From the NCBI RefSeq assembly GCF_011386835.1, contig NC_088803.1, positions 32,860,001-32,924,000 on the forward strand: a stretch of 64,000 bases of DNA. The letters run 5' to 3'. Made by a program: the position numbers and the translations under genes. Below the pieces are notes generated by a model. The model was not told the origin of the DNA. It did not search any database and saw only the letters and a program-made list of their open reading frames with translations. This document shows positions 11,806 to 25,000 of this stretch, in pieces (positions within the stretch are counted from its first letter, which is position 1; each line of letters begins with the position of its first letter). The stretch is from Chrysemys picta bellii (lineage: Eukaryota).

Positions 11806-12679
11806 GTGAGTGCGAAATTGATCTTCCCACAAATCATGCCACATACTAGACTGGAGAGCATCCTTGCTGTCCCAAACTTGAAATCACCAGTATTCAGTAT
11901 AATCAGATACAAAGCTGTCTGCTCTGAAGTTTAGTGGACTCTCCAAAAGGCTGAAACTGGGCCAATTGTTCAGTGAGCTTTTTTTTTTTTGGAGATTGTG
12001 CTGCTTCTAGAAAAGTAGGCTCCATGATGCAATGCATCAGACAGTGCGGGAAAACATAGCAGGTGATAGGGGAGTTTCCCATCTCCTAAATATTGGTATT
12101 TGTTCCATCATTGATTGATGCTTTGAAAAGATTTTCTCATGCATGATAGTTCTAATGACTGGGGATGTGGGGAAAAGTGGAGGTATAGCAATAGGTAACA
12201 TAAGGACAGAACCCCGATACTCTTCTGCAAGTTGACTGAACACGCAGTCTACCTAGAATATTCTTTTTCTTTATGAATTTAGAGTAGCAGTTCTCAAGCT
12301 ATGGCCTGCAGAACTCCACTGGACCAATCTGCAGGTCCTCTCCTAGAATAAAACAAATGGATAAAGCTCCAGGGAAGGTTGGGTGGAAAGCTGTCCACTT
12401 GCAAAGCTATATGCAAGATCTCATCTTCTGAGCCCAAATCCTCTTTGAAAAATTCCTTTACCATTTCTATGCTTCCCTTTCCTCCCTGTAATGTGAGAGT
12501 TAGGGACCTTTTCTACCTCACATGGGTGCTCAAAGGCTTAATTCATGTTTGTAATGTGCTCCTAGACACTGATGGAAGATGCTGTAAAGTGCAAGGATAT
12601 GAAGGAGCTATCGTGTGAGGAGGAGCTCCCTCACTGCCCCATCTTGCTAAAGTCTCTGCTCCCTGCTTCTCTTCTTCAG

Positions 12680-12848
12680 GAAGGTGGTGAGGAGGGCGAG
12701 TCTTTCAGACCGAACCAACCTTTACAGGAAGGAGTATGAGAAGGAAGCCATTGTCTGGCAGCAAATGGGAGCAACGGAAGAACAGAGAAACTCAGGCTAT
12801 GCTGGAGAAATCATGGAGGCTCGATCTGACCAAGAGAACACAGATCCA
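12680..12848 (+). CDS. PPP1R16B: PPP1R16B coding exon (RRASL phospho-region)
   Basis: TTCAG|GAAG...CCA|GTAAGG, 169 nt; KVVRRASLSDRTNLYRKEYEKEAIVWQQ. Confidence 0.95.
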
Positions 12849-13457
12849 GTAAGGAACCAAATTCATGTTCTAGTTTCCTATCAAAATTCATAAAGAGCCT
12901 CAAACCAGCGTTGTGAATGGGCGTGTTGGTTATGAGTACTTGGACACTATGGTGATGAGTGTTGTGTGCGAACCTAGATTATATTAAAGACAATGTTAAG
13001 GGCACACATTTAAATACAAGGCCAGATTCTGGATCCGGCTACGCTGGTGCAAATCAGGAGTACTGCCCTGGAAGTGAAAGGAATGATGTGGGATTCACCA
13101 CAAAATAAATGAGGCCAGAATCTGACCCAAAAAGTCAGGCAATTGCAAAAACTCATGTTCTCATATAACAGTGTGTATTTTTATGTGCATTTAATAGACA
13201 TCATGTAGGTGCAATGTGGGTGGGCCAATGTTTCTAGAAGAACTGTCTTTCTATGTTAACATTTAACTGGTCCCAGTTAGGATTTGAAGTTCACACATTA
13301 ATGAAATAATAGGGCTGGGGGAGAGGTAATTTCACCCCTTTGGTGCTACTCTTTGGCTGCAGGAATGGATTAAAAGGGACTGACATGGACTAGGAAGCTG
13401 TGGAAGGGATGGATTGTACTCTGGGAGCTGCTTCTCTTTAACGTTTTCTCATTACAG

Positions 13458-13979
13458 AATTCAGTGCTGGAGAAGTCTATGCTCCTTCCTGAGTTAGCTA
13501 CCAAAAGCACACAGAGTGACCCTGAATCCTCCCTCCAGAATGGACTCAGGGCATCGGCCAGCACTTACCAGTACTCGGTTTCCAACGGGGACGTCTGGAA
13601 AATGCACACAGCTCCAGACTGTAATGCAAGTCAAGCCCTGCCCTATAGCAGCCCCGGTGTCCCCGACTCTCAGCAAATCTGGGGTGGCTACAAGGATCGC
13701 AGCCATCAAACACTTTCTGAACTGAAGCGGCAGCGGGCTGCAGCTAAGCTGCTTAACCACCCCTTCCTCAGCACCCACTTTGGCACCAGTGTGAGTGGGG
13801 TAGTTGAGAATGGGGGCGAAGCCAAGGAGCACCTGATTGATTCCAGGACTTCTCCCTACAGTTCCAATGGGACATCGGTTTATTACACAGCATCCAGTGG
13901 CGATCCCCCTCTCTTGAAATTCAAAGCTCCCATGGATGAAATGGAGGAGAAAGTGCACGGGTGCTGCAGGATTTCCTAG
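13458..13979 (+). CDS. PPP1R16B: PPP1R16B last coding exon with C-terminal CAAX box
   Basis: TTACAG|AAT acceptor; HQTLSELKRQRAAAKLLNHPFL and PPLLKFKAP motifs; ends GCCRIS-stop (prenylation motif). Confidence 0.95.
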   Translation, partial: NSVLEKSMLLPELATKSTQSDPESSLQNGLRASASTYQYSVSNGDVWKMHTAPDCNASQALPYSSPGVPDSQQIWGGYKDRSHQTLSELKRQRAAAKLLNHPFLSTHFGTSVSGVVENGGEAKEHLIDSRTSPYSSNGTSVYYTASSGDPPLLKFKAPMDEMEEKVHGCCRIS

Positions 13980-16900
13980 TGTCATCCATGTCTCACCTCA
14001 GAGGAGACTAAAAGTGGATGGCCAGGTTAGCTTTATTACTGAGGATGGGCTGTTTCCATCCCCACATGGGGAGAACTCAGTTTAGTTACATAGGACTTGA
14101 TGGGGCCAGCCTCATTCATCTTGAATAGTACCTTACCAGTACCCCTAGTAACCCCACTGCAATCAAATGAGTAAGGCGGCAGAGTGAGGCCCATAGTGGA
14201 GAAATGAAGTACACATCTTTGCGTGCAGTAAAAAGAAGCTACCCCACTCTTCCTCATGGCAGTGTTATGAAAGGGACAGTGGGGGGCTCTCCACTCTAAA
14301 TCATGAAGGGTCCTTGAAAGACAAAACCATCTGAATTAGAGTCCTCCCTTTCTGAGCCTCCTGCTGGGAGCCACCCAGCTTCTGGAATGTGACATGCTGG
14401 GCCCGCCTCTCACTCATGGATGTGATAGGTGTATCCCCCGAGAATGAGTGGCCAGCCCCCTGCATTTGTGCAAACAGCCCAGGGGTTGCAAGTGCAGACT
14501 TTGAGTCTTTGGTGTGTTTCATTTGCTTACACAGAGGTGAAGCTGGGCACATCCCCAGTGCATGCACTTTGGGAAGTTGTGTGATGCCTGCATTGCGTGA
14601 TGCCTGACAGCCCACTATCAAAAGCTGCAAACCAGTTTGTGGCCTACTCTAATTGAAAGCAGGGGCTGTGCAGTGCCTTCAGGTTTGAAGCAGAACTCCT
14701 GATGGAAATCCAGTAGAATAAACTCTGGCAATCAAATACTGACTGAAAGGGTCAATAATGGGATAGAAACAAATTACTTGTATTACTAAGACCCTTAGAT
14801 TAGTGAAATCCATTCAGTTTTAACAATCTCACCTTCCCTGTTGGTGCTGCGTTTTACTCTCTATGCTTCACTCAGCTTAAAAACTAGAATGGTCTTTGTT
14901 GCTTTCTGTCTCTCCTGCACTAGCAGAGTGCTATTGTATTTGGGTTTCCAGAACTGCAGGGCTCTGTTTAAATTGGGAAGGAAGGGGAAAGAAATACCTG
15001 CTTCCAGTAAAAATGGCATGGAAACATTTCCAGCCACACTAGGTTTTGACACTCTTGTGTGTGAACCTGTGTTCTTGGGGCTAAGCTGCTCGAGCATCTA
15101 AATATGTAAATGCTAAGTTGTTGCTTTTGGTTTTGAGCATCACAGTAGGATGGAAACTTTTTAACATTTTTTCCCAGCATTCCAGTGTTTTTTCAGACCC
15201 TATGCTGGGGTCACCAGCAGCAGTACAGTAGCTGCCAGCAAAAGGCTCAGAAATAGTTATCTTGTATGAGAGAGAAAGTGGCTTCTTTCACTGAGCAAAA
15301 GCTAGCATGCAGGGGTGAAGTTTGGAGTGGTCTAGTGAAGTGCCGTTGGATAGGAAGCCAGCACCGGTGTTTCGGGGTAGCGTGTGTTAACTGTGTGCCA
15401 GGCTGCATTTGTGGAATCTGTGGCATGGTATAACAAGGGGTGTGCAATTGGCAGGCCAGTTTCTGCAGTTGCCCTTCAGGGAGCAGAACCCTCACCTGAA
15501 TGGTAGCAGCAAGGAGACAGCACCTATCCGCAGAGCATCAGCTCTAGGGAAGTGGACATGAAAGTTAAGAATAAACAGGCAAAATATTTTAAAAATGGTT
15601 TAAATTGCATCTGCAAAATATTTGTCTGCACAAAGGGGCCATTGCACACAGTCTGGTCTGTGGATTTTGTCTTGTAGGTGCAGCTTAGGCCCCAGACTTA
15701 AAAAACACAGTATTGTTTGGGTTCCTGATGCTACCCTGAGCCATCACTGGGTAGATGCCTGCTCACAGCACTGTGTCTGTGCTCCAGCTAAGCATCTGCC
15801 GTAGATCACGCAACTTCCATGCATCTTCCTCTCTTTCCAGCTGCTATTTGAGAGCAATACTGTATTCCCTTCTGGTAAGGGACTTTAAATGTACCTTTCT
15901 CTTCTCTGACTCATCCCCCCCATCCTTTCAACCATTTATGGCTTGGAAAACAGGAGACACCAGCCTAAAGATGAGGCGGCCTGTTAGTGAAGCCATCCCA
16001 CAACTAGAAACATTGTTCCATCTCTACAAGGGAGACTAGCAGTGTGTTAGTGAGACATGTGTGGTGTTATAATGAACAGGGGCTTTTTGACAGTGGTGGG
16101 ACCCAGAGTTGCACTATCCTTATATGGGGGAAAGGAAGCAAGAGCTGAAGGGGTACAAGCCGCATATCAGGTTGTCTGGAGGGCTCACGCACTCCTTGCT
16201 TTGTTTACTTGAGTTGAATTTGATGTAGCACTTTTTTGAATGGAGCCTGTGTCTGCAGTGCCATATCCAGGGATTTGGACCCATCTCGCCCTCTGCTGGA
16301 GAAGGTAGGACATTGCACATTATAGTATCTGCCCCCCAGGCAGGGGAGATGAGCCTCTGTTACAAGGAAGGTGTCAGGGTGTATCGGCAGGTCTTAGAGC
16401 TTCCTCTCAGGCTGACGCATAAGTCTTTTGGACTCTGACAGTCCACTTATCCTTTCTTTCCATTTTCTCCCTAAATGAAGAGAATTTTGGCATAGGGAGG
16501 GGATAGAAAGTCAGGTCAGATTTCAGAAGATCTGTTACAGCAAAGGCATCGTTTCCTAATGTATTTAATAACGTACCCAGTCACTCCTCCGCATTATCCC
16601 TTGCCTGACACTCCTGCCCCATTTTCAAGGGGCCAACCTGCTATTCCTGTTCCGTTTCCTGATGCCCTACCTGCCTTGGAACTCTACTGCTGCATTGTTT
16701 GAACTTGTATGATAAAAAAACAAACAAACCACCCTCTAAGGTTATTGGGCCATCAGGGAGCTTAGCTCCTATTCTCCCAACTTAAAGAAGTTGAGCAGAT
16801 AATTGAAGAGTCCCGTGCAGCAGAGGTGACTGTGTTGGGGGGTGTATGTAGGTCTGGTGGTGTCATATGATTACCCAGAGTTCCAGGGAATGGAACATCC

Positions 16901-19900
16901 CAGAAAACTTGATGCGGTCTTAGCAACTGTAGCCTCGATATCATGGAATGAAGGCGTTCCCCTTTTACCAGCTCTTGAATGTCCTTTTCCCGTTTACCTG
17001 GGAGAAAGACGTTACTCCCCTCACCCCCACTGGAATGAGAATTGCTGGAGCAGAATTAGCCTGGTGTTGCTGCACATCATTTGCAGCCTGTGCTAAACTT
17101 TGAACAGTTGTTAGCTGTATTCCCAGTGATAGATGATATCAGGTCATGGCCTGTTCCTTCTCACTCTCACCAGCCGTAAATCAGAAGTGACTCCAATGAA
17201 GGCAGATTACAACGGTGAAAGTGAGAGGAGTATTGGGCTTTACATCTCATTCCAGCAAATAGAAAGCAGACACTTGAATGCAATGGAATTATATAGTTTG
17301 GGGCTTGCTTTCATTGACAGTGGTTACTACACTAAAGCAATGTGAACCCAGCGTAATTTAGACAAATAGCTCTGATTCATCAATACGACATCTCTGATAT
17401 ACGTAATCTCCAGGATTTCATTATTCCAGCTAATGCTGTGATGTCTAACTAAGCAACAATGGCTTTACTATCCAGGGGTGTGGAAGGGAAGAGATGCTAC
17501 ATGCTCTAGGTTGCACGAATATTCCCTTAATTGGACTGCTGTAACATTGTAACCATAAACTTGGCCTTAGAGCTGCTTAATGTGGCTGTTATGGCTCTGG
17601 GGCTGTAAATATGACCTTGGTGATAACTAGTAATTTATCTCCAATTTATCTCAGAGCGGAGAAGAGACAGAAACTAGTGAATGCTCTAGGAGCTGCACCA
17701 GGGCAGTGATGAGCTTTATCTACCATTGGTGTGTGTAGGGATTTGGGAATGGAATAGTCCCTCTAGGGTCCTTTCCATGGCTACTTAAGGATGTGAATCA
17801 ATTTGACAGCTTGGGATAAGTTTTCAAACAAGGGCATAAGGGACTTGCTGGCTGGAATGCCTAGATGGCCATGGGACACCAGCAGGGATACATGGGCAGG
17901 GCGTAGACAACTTAAACATGTGTGCGAAGTGGTGATAGTAAGCACCGAATGGATAATTCTGAGCACAGAATGGGGACTTAATCCACCAGCAGGTATTTAT
18001 TTGGTAGATGCAAATGCAGGTTTTCATGGGTAGGATAGGTGCACAGGCACTTCTGTAGACATATTGCAAGTGCCCTCCTTTAAGAATATAGTCCTTATTC
18101 ATTTATAAAAAGCACTATAGCTATAGCAATTATGCTAAAGCCTGTAATATCTAGCACTTGGGGGGCCATTCCAGTAGGATGCTTTGACTATTTTGTGGCT
18201 TACAATAGCAGACACTCAGCTACTTCACTGGAGATTTTAGTGCCACTAAAAAGGTTGCTGAGAATAGAAACCATCTCAGGATTTGCATGTCTAGCACTTA
18301 GGTTAGTAGAAAATTTTTCTTCTCTTTTAGTGCTCTGTTCTTGGCCAAACCATTCAAGCTCTGTTTCCCCTAAAGCCTACACAGCTGTCTGGCCCTGCCT
18401 CTTTGGTACAATCCTCTCTTTCATGCATGTTCCCCTGTAGGCAAGGGCAGCCTGGCTCTGTTAAAATCTGAGTAACAGTGGGGAAGCCGGTCAGACTCTA
18501 GTTTTCTTAGACATGAGCCCAGGGTGTAAATTTCAGACCCATCTTTCCCTGAACTTTTGAGGAGGTTGAATCCAGTCACCATCCCTGTTATTAGTCACCA
18601 CAGCCGGAGTGCTGTGTATGGGCACAACCTTACTGCATGCAAGCCTTCATGATAGACTGGGGCCCTAGTGCTGCTAGCAAACTAATGTGGAGTTGGAGGG
18701 AGCTCCATCTGCCATGCTGAAGGACCTTCTTCAGATGCATAATAGTGCCTGGGAGCAGTCTTTGCCAGCTCTTGATCCAGCCAAGCAATACGCATAGCAA
18801 TAGACTATTAATTGTTAGAGATGGGCTTGAACTATAAAGTTTGGTTCTCATTTCAGACCTAGATCCAGACTTTCCCCTTCAAGATGTTGAACTTTCTTGT
18901 CCCAGTTGAGCTCTTAGAGCAAGGCCTCAGTTCGGACCTAGATCTGAATTCCTTTGAGTCCAGTATTCTAGCTTGGGCTCTGATGAGATGTTACACAGGG
19001 CAGAGAATCCCCTGTGTTAGGGAAGGAAGGGGATGATGGTCACAGGGAGGGTTCGGGTATATAGCAATGAGATAGGGCAATACCCAGTGGGTATGATGAA
19101 TTCTGTTAATGTAAAGTGGCTTTTGGCTGATAAGTTTGCAGGTAGATGTGAGCATTTATAATCCCCTAAATTGCATTGAGCCTCATTCTTAGCACACTTC
19201 AGCTTGATGTTGGGCATCTGTTCCCACAGCCTTCTGTGTTGAAACACTATCAGCCATATACTGAAATAGGAATACTCCAGCGCGGGAAGCACTAGAACTA
19301 TTCTTTAGCAGATCTCAGTGGCTTAATTGGTGTCAGCCTGCCTCGAGGTGCTCTCCCTGTCTATAGGTATATCTATGTATTACCATGCTGGCTACAAAAC
19401 AGCTCAGAGCACGTGGCTACTAGAATGCGGTGACTCTGTACAGCTGGCTTCAATTGTTTTGACAAAATGGCTTTTCAAAGGAAAATCTTTTTTTTCAAAA
19501 TTTCACTTCCTATGAAATTTTTCAATTTGAATTGTAGATTTTTGTTTTGCTTCTTTTGTTCCCCCATCTCTCTTCTCTGCTTTTCCAGTGAGAGGAGAGG
19601 GAATCTTCCCTCCCACCCAGCCCAAAAATTGTATTTGAATTGAAATAAAACAGATTTTCAGCAGTCCTGTGATACCTGGAATAAAAGCATGAGTTCTAGT
19701 TTTGTTAGTTTGGGGCTACGGTCTAACCTTAGATGTACAGCATCATGAGTGGTTGGTTTAGGTTAGCTGGGACGGAGCAGGAAGGATGGAAGGTTATACT
19801 CAGGCCTGGCATACACCTGAGTTTCAGCTCCGGCTCCTGTCCACTGGCCATGACTTGATTCCAACATCAAGTCTGGTGCCAGCATTAAAATCTTTATTCT

Positions 19901-21535
19901 TTCTCTAGCTTTGATGTCCTGGTGCAAGCATTATGAGCACTAAATGTTCTTCCTAAAGTATGATCTTACTAGTAACTGGCTGATTTATAAATTAAAACTT
20001 GTGTAAGGTGAAAACTCCAGGTTAGCTTTGGTTTTCTCGGGTCATATGAGTACACAGTGAGATCCAAGTCCTTGTGTATTTTAACAGATGATGTTGGCAC
20101 ATCATGTTCTCTCCACAAAAGATATTATATTGTTGTACAGTAAGTGCCCAAACACAATGGTAGTATTACAAGCTGTAGTCCATTACTACAGGACACTGTA
20201 ATTTTTCTAAGGCTGTAGAATGGGGTTTGGAGTTACTGAGCAGTTTCCAGGCCTGATCCTGCTGTCTTCATGCAGGGAAAGCTGCCAATGTACAATTGCC
20301 TACACACAAAGCGTATGATTGGATTCTTTACGGGTGCATCTGCTACTGCAAACTTACAGCTTGTAATTCTCCTCTTTGCAGTTCTATTGGTGGTAGCAAT
20401 GGTGGAGGGTCTAGAAAGAGTCGGGCATTTTAGTTATCAATCCCGTGCCTGAGCCCCGTTTATGCTCCAGCCTCCACCTGAGCCAGTGGAGAACAAGTTT
20501 TCAAATAGCCAATGTGGATGCACCCTTAGTTGAGCCTTATCTGACTTCTCAGCATCCAGACTGCAATTTTGTTGGTTTTTCCAGGAGAAGGAAGCAGTAA
20601 ACTAACTTCAGTGGCATCTGTAGGCCTTGTACAGCTAGGTTCGGCTGCTGCATATCCAGGACATGTCAAAAGGATGCCCAGCCCTCTGCAATAACTCATG
20701 ACTCCATTGAGCTGTAGTAAATGATGTACAAATAAAACTTGACAAAATGTATTTTATGTGAAAAAATAATGCAAGAGAACTGTATATTGTATTAGCAGCT
20801 TTGTGTATAAAAATGGCATTTTGGCAATCAGAGTAATATATTTAAAACTTTTTAAAAAAGGATATTTGATATTGTATGGAATTAACTTCATATTGCTACT
20901 GTAAGTATGAAAAGATGGTTTTTTAACATGTTGAAGCAATGCATTAAATATCGAACTGTATGTAAATCTCATGCCAACAGGATATGTATGACAGTATTAG
21001 CATCTGACTTCTCAGTGTCTTTAATAGAATGATTGGATTTTTTAATTTAAAAAAATATATTAAATTTCTTTTGATAATATGAGGAACTGCAGATGGGGTC
21101 TTTATTTACTGGTTTAATGAGTTTGAAATCTGTGGCATCTGATTTTTAATATAACAATATACCACCACTGTGTGGACTGTAGCTAAATGTGTTTTCTCCT
21201 CTGATGGGCCATGGGCTTTGCCAACATAATCTGTCTGGAAGAGCTAGGCAGGTGGATAAAATGCAGTGAGCTTAAATCAACCGATTATCAACAGACATGA
21301 GCTTTTTAGGATGATGGGAATAGACTAGTATTCAAGCCCATGGTCTGGTGTCCTTAATTACCAGATTCAGCATTGCATGGAGCTTTGCACTCATGGTGGA
21401 CTCCTCACTAATCCTGTACACGTGCAGGTTGCCACAGTAGCCAGGACTTCTTTCATACATCACCCTTTTCTTCCACAATTGAGGACTCAGCAGTTATGTT
21501 TGACACTTTTGTCATCTCCAGGTTACATTGTAGCT

Positions 21536-21697
21536 CAATGCTTAATATGTGCCAGGGCTGAGCCTCAGTGCCTCTGGGTTTGGCAGTTCAGAGCCCGGGC
21601 ACCTCTGGGCTTGCCACAGGAAAGTAAAAAAATTGCTTAAGCCCCAGCACCTAATTGCTTGAGCACCGGCACCTCTTTTATTACAAATTAAGCACTG
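21536..21697. mobile_element. Short hAT-type MITE (162 bp)
   Basis: Ends CAATGCTTAATATGT / ACAAATTAAGCACTG; flanks TTGTAGCT / CTGCAGCT (6/8, degenerate TSD). Confidence 0.6.
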
Positions 21698-22458
21698 CTG
21701 CAGCTCTCTCTACTGGGGCCTGAGATTAACCATCACAGGTATAACTGGAGCAATATAAATCTGACCCCCCCATAATGAACAGGCCAATGTGCAACTGTCA
21801 TGCTGGTCCTTCATCAATTCCACTGTCTGCTTCAGGAGAAGGGTGATTATCTCTCTGCAGGTTTGGGAACAGACCCTTGCAGAGAGAGGAGGAAGAAAAG
21901 GAATTAAGCCTCTTAAGTCTTGTCTTAATAGGAAAGTTTTACTAGTTATACCAGTATAATGTTCTGTATGGACACTTTTTTCAGCTTGGCTTATATATTG
22001 GAAGAAGAGCATGCACATTGTTACACCAGTATAACTTTCCTGTATAGATAAGCCCTGGAGTGAGGGAAGATGTGTATGTCATCCCCTCTTGATCACAAAT
22101 ACCAGTAACTCCAGCCACTGTACAGGAGTTTGCTGCTGCCACTAAGGCCTTGTCTTCACTAGGAAAGTTAGCTTGACAGCAGATAAATGCACCCATGTTG
22201 ACTAACTTCTGTTTAAACTGTAGTAAGACAAGGAATTGTAGGTTGAACCAGTGGTAACCTACCTGGGGGGAGGAAGGGTCACATGCCCCTCCCCAATCGC
22301 GGGGGGGGGGGGGGGGAGGGCACTGCTAAGGACTTCCACCCTTGGTGCAGGGAGTTTGTTTATAAACAGAGAAAGGGTGATTAAGATAACAAAAGGCTTG
22401 CCATTACATCAAATTAAGGATCCTTAGGTGATCTTGAAAGCATTCCCAGGCACTCCAG

Positions 22459-22833
22459 TTAAAAGACAGGAAACAAAGGATAGGCATAAATTTTCAGAAG
22501 GAGAGAAGTAAATAGAGGCTTCCCCAGGGGTCTGTACTAGTCTGGGATCAGTGCTGTTCATCATATTCATAAATGATCTGCAAAAACGGGTAAATAGTGA
22601 GGTGGTAAAGTTTGCAGATGATACAAAATTACTCAAGATAGTTAAGTCAAAAACAGACTGCAAAGAGTTACAAAAGGATCTCACAAAACTGGGTGACTTG
22701 GCAAGAAAATTGCAGATGAAATTCAGTGTTAAATGCAAAGTAATGAACATGGCAAAATATAATCCCAACTATACATACAAAATGATGGTGCCTAAATTTG
22801 CTGTTACCCATCAAGAAAGAGACCTTGGACTCA
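22459..22833 (+). mobile_element. CR1 reverse-transcriptase fragment
   Basis: LFIIFINDL...[10 protein letters not shown] (FADD motif) and QERDLG; frameshifted. Confidence 0.85.
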
Positions 22834-23639
22834 TTTTCAGTACTCTGAAAGCACTGTTTCCAGAGTACTCCAAATGTAAGAATCTTTCTCACTGTGCCTG
22901 TACCATCCTGAACTCATTCTCCAGCTTCAGAAGACTTAAACATTATCTCCAGTCATCAATGGGACAGACTCAATTGAATAACGTAGCTGTCCTTAACATG
23001 CAGGTCGTGGGGAGGGGGGTGCCCCCTCTTTAGCTGGTGCCCCCCTTTGCATCCCTCCAATGTGTTGCTGTCAACTGCCTTGTCCTCATTATGGCTCTAA
23101 CACAGGTGAAATACACCTCTTTTCCTTGTGAAGGTACAGCTTCAGGGAAGAAGCAGCTGTCTGCAGAGAAAGTGTTAGCATTTCGCAGAGTTGGAGCCGG
23201 CAGTGAAACAGCAGAGACCCCCCCCCCCTTAAATCTGTGCTACCTCTTCCCATCCAACAGTGTTTTCCCCCCTGGCAGAAAGGTAATGCCCTTTTCTCCC
23301 TACCATTTGCTGCCATTGAAACCTTAATTTGCCTCAGTGTTTCATCAGACCTAAAGCTTCTAGCCCTTTCTTCTCTCAGGACCTTCCCACTTACCTCTGC
23401 TAAATGCAACAGGCTCATACCATGGGATGGGCAGTGATGATTTTGGATGCTTTCGCTTCTTTGCCGTACACCCCTCTTTTCCAGTGGCATATCTCCTGTT
23501 AAATGCAGCCTAATAAATAAGGACCCTCATCATGAGTAGAACAGGTCTGATTCTGCAAAGAGTAATAACTCCACATTTCCAAATTCCAAGGGAATGGGGG
23601 GGGGGTAACTTTTTACTTAGCCCCTTTCTAACAACTCTA

Positions 23640-24183
23640 GTAAAAAGCCCAGAGAACGGGAAAGGAGCCGGTGACGAGAGAGCTGCAGAGTAAAGCCTGC
23701 AGCCAGCCCAGGAGAGGGAAAACGTTTCAGACTCCCCGCACAGCCCAGCTCCTGGCACTGCTCGCGGGGTCGGGGTCCAAAACCTGGCTGCCCCGTGCTG
23801 CTGGCCCAACTCAGGGCAGTCCGGCTCAGCGCGCGTCCCAGCGCAGGGGGGACCGGGACCGGGGAGCGGGGAGCGTGCGGAGCCAGGCCGTATTGGCAAA
23901 CCGGGAAGTGGGCGGGCTCCCCCGCCCAGCCCGCGGGGCACTGAAGCCGGCCGGTACGGGGAGGGATCTAGGGGCGGGCTTGGCCAAACACATTCAAAAG
24001 CAGCCAGCCAACCACAGCGGGGGAAGGAGAGGTAGCGGCCTCCCCAATCCGTGGCGGCGGCGGCGCGGCAGCTCGTTTGGGTTCAAACTCCCTATAAAAG
24101 GCCCCCGCTCAGCCTCAGCTCGGCCCCCTTTCGGTTCAGCTCCCCTCTCCCCGGGTTGGTAGCAGCGGCGGCCGCGGCTCCCC
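23640..24183 (+). promoter_or_regulatory. FAM83D CpG-island promoter with G2/M-type motifs
   Basis: CpG-rich. ATTGG 23892-23896, CCAAT 24044-24048, GC boxes, CHR-like TTCAAA 24082-24087, TATAAAAG 24093-24100. Confidence 0.75.
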
Positions 24184-24645
24184 ATGGCGAACCAGTCCCA
24201 GTGCCTGGAGGACGCGCCCGGCCGCTGGTCCCCCGGGGAGCCGAGCTCGCCCGAGCTCTACAGCGAGGCGCAGCGGCTGGCGCTGGAGGAGCTGGTGGCG
24301 GGCGGCCGGGCCGCTTTCCGCGCTTTCCTGCGCCGGGAGAAGGTGCCCGGCTTCCTCTCGGAGCCCGAGATCCAGGCCATCCTCCAGGCGGCCGCAACGC
24401 CGGCCGGGGCCGAGGACGGGGCGGCCGAGCCCTCGCTCAGCGCCTCGCTGGACTGCTCCTCGCTCACCTACTTCCCCGAGCAGTCGGACGTGGAGCCGCC
24501 CGTGCTGGAGCTGGGCTGGCCGGCCTTCTCCAGCGGCTCGTACCGCGGCCTCACCCGCGTGGAGGCGCTTTTCCAGCCCAGCTTCGGGGAGACCATCTAC
24601 AGCTGCAAGGAGGCGGTGCGCAGGCAGATCCGCTCGGCCAGGGAG
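24184..24645 (+). CDS. FAM83D: FAM83D exon 1 (copy 1, full-length gene)
   Basis: 462 nt; [18 protein letters not shown]...[24 protein letters not shown]...QIRSARE|GTGAGT (DUF1669 N-terminus); synteny with PPP1R16B and DHX35. Confidence 0.96.
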
Positions 24646-25000
24646 GTGAGTCCCTAGCCCGGCCTCTGCGCCCCCTTCCTGCCCGAGCCGAGCCTCCTCC
24701 TCCTCCGGGCGCCCAGGCTTGTGCCTGGGGAACTGGGCGTGTAGCATCGGCCCCCGGCTGGAAGTGGTTTCCATCACATACAGGGGTTTAGAGTTTGGTT
24801 TAATGACTCTCGGTCAGTACCCTCCCTATACAAACGGTTCCAGCACCCCATGGAAGCTGGGCTGCAGGGGAGAGTTTAACCCGCCCTGCTGCTGTGTCCT
24901 TCAGTGTGAACAATCTCTAGCTCAGCTCAGCTCCCCTAGCGCTGCCCTTGGCTCTAATGACTGGGTGAGTGTTTAATCTGGGCAGTTAATGAGGGTGAGC

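Noticed and set aside
23510-24791. Long overlapping ORFs (163, 246, 213, 143 aa) around FAM83D exon 1
   Set aside because: Alternative-frame and antisense products of very GC-rich, stop-poor CpG-island sequence; only the 24184 frame splices to exons 2-4.
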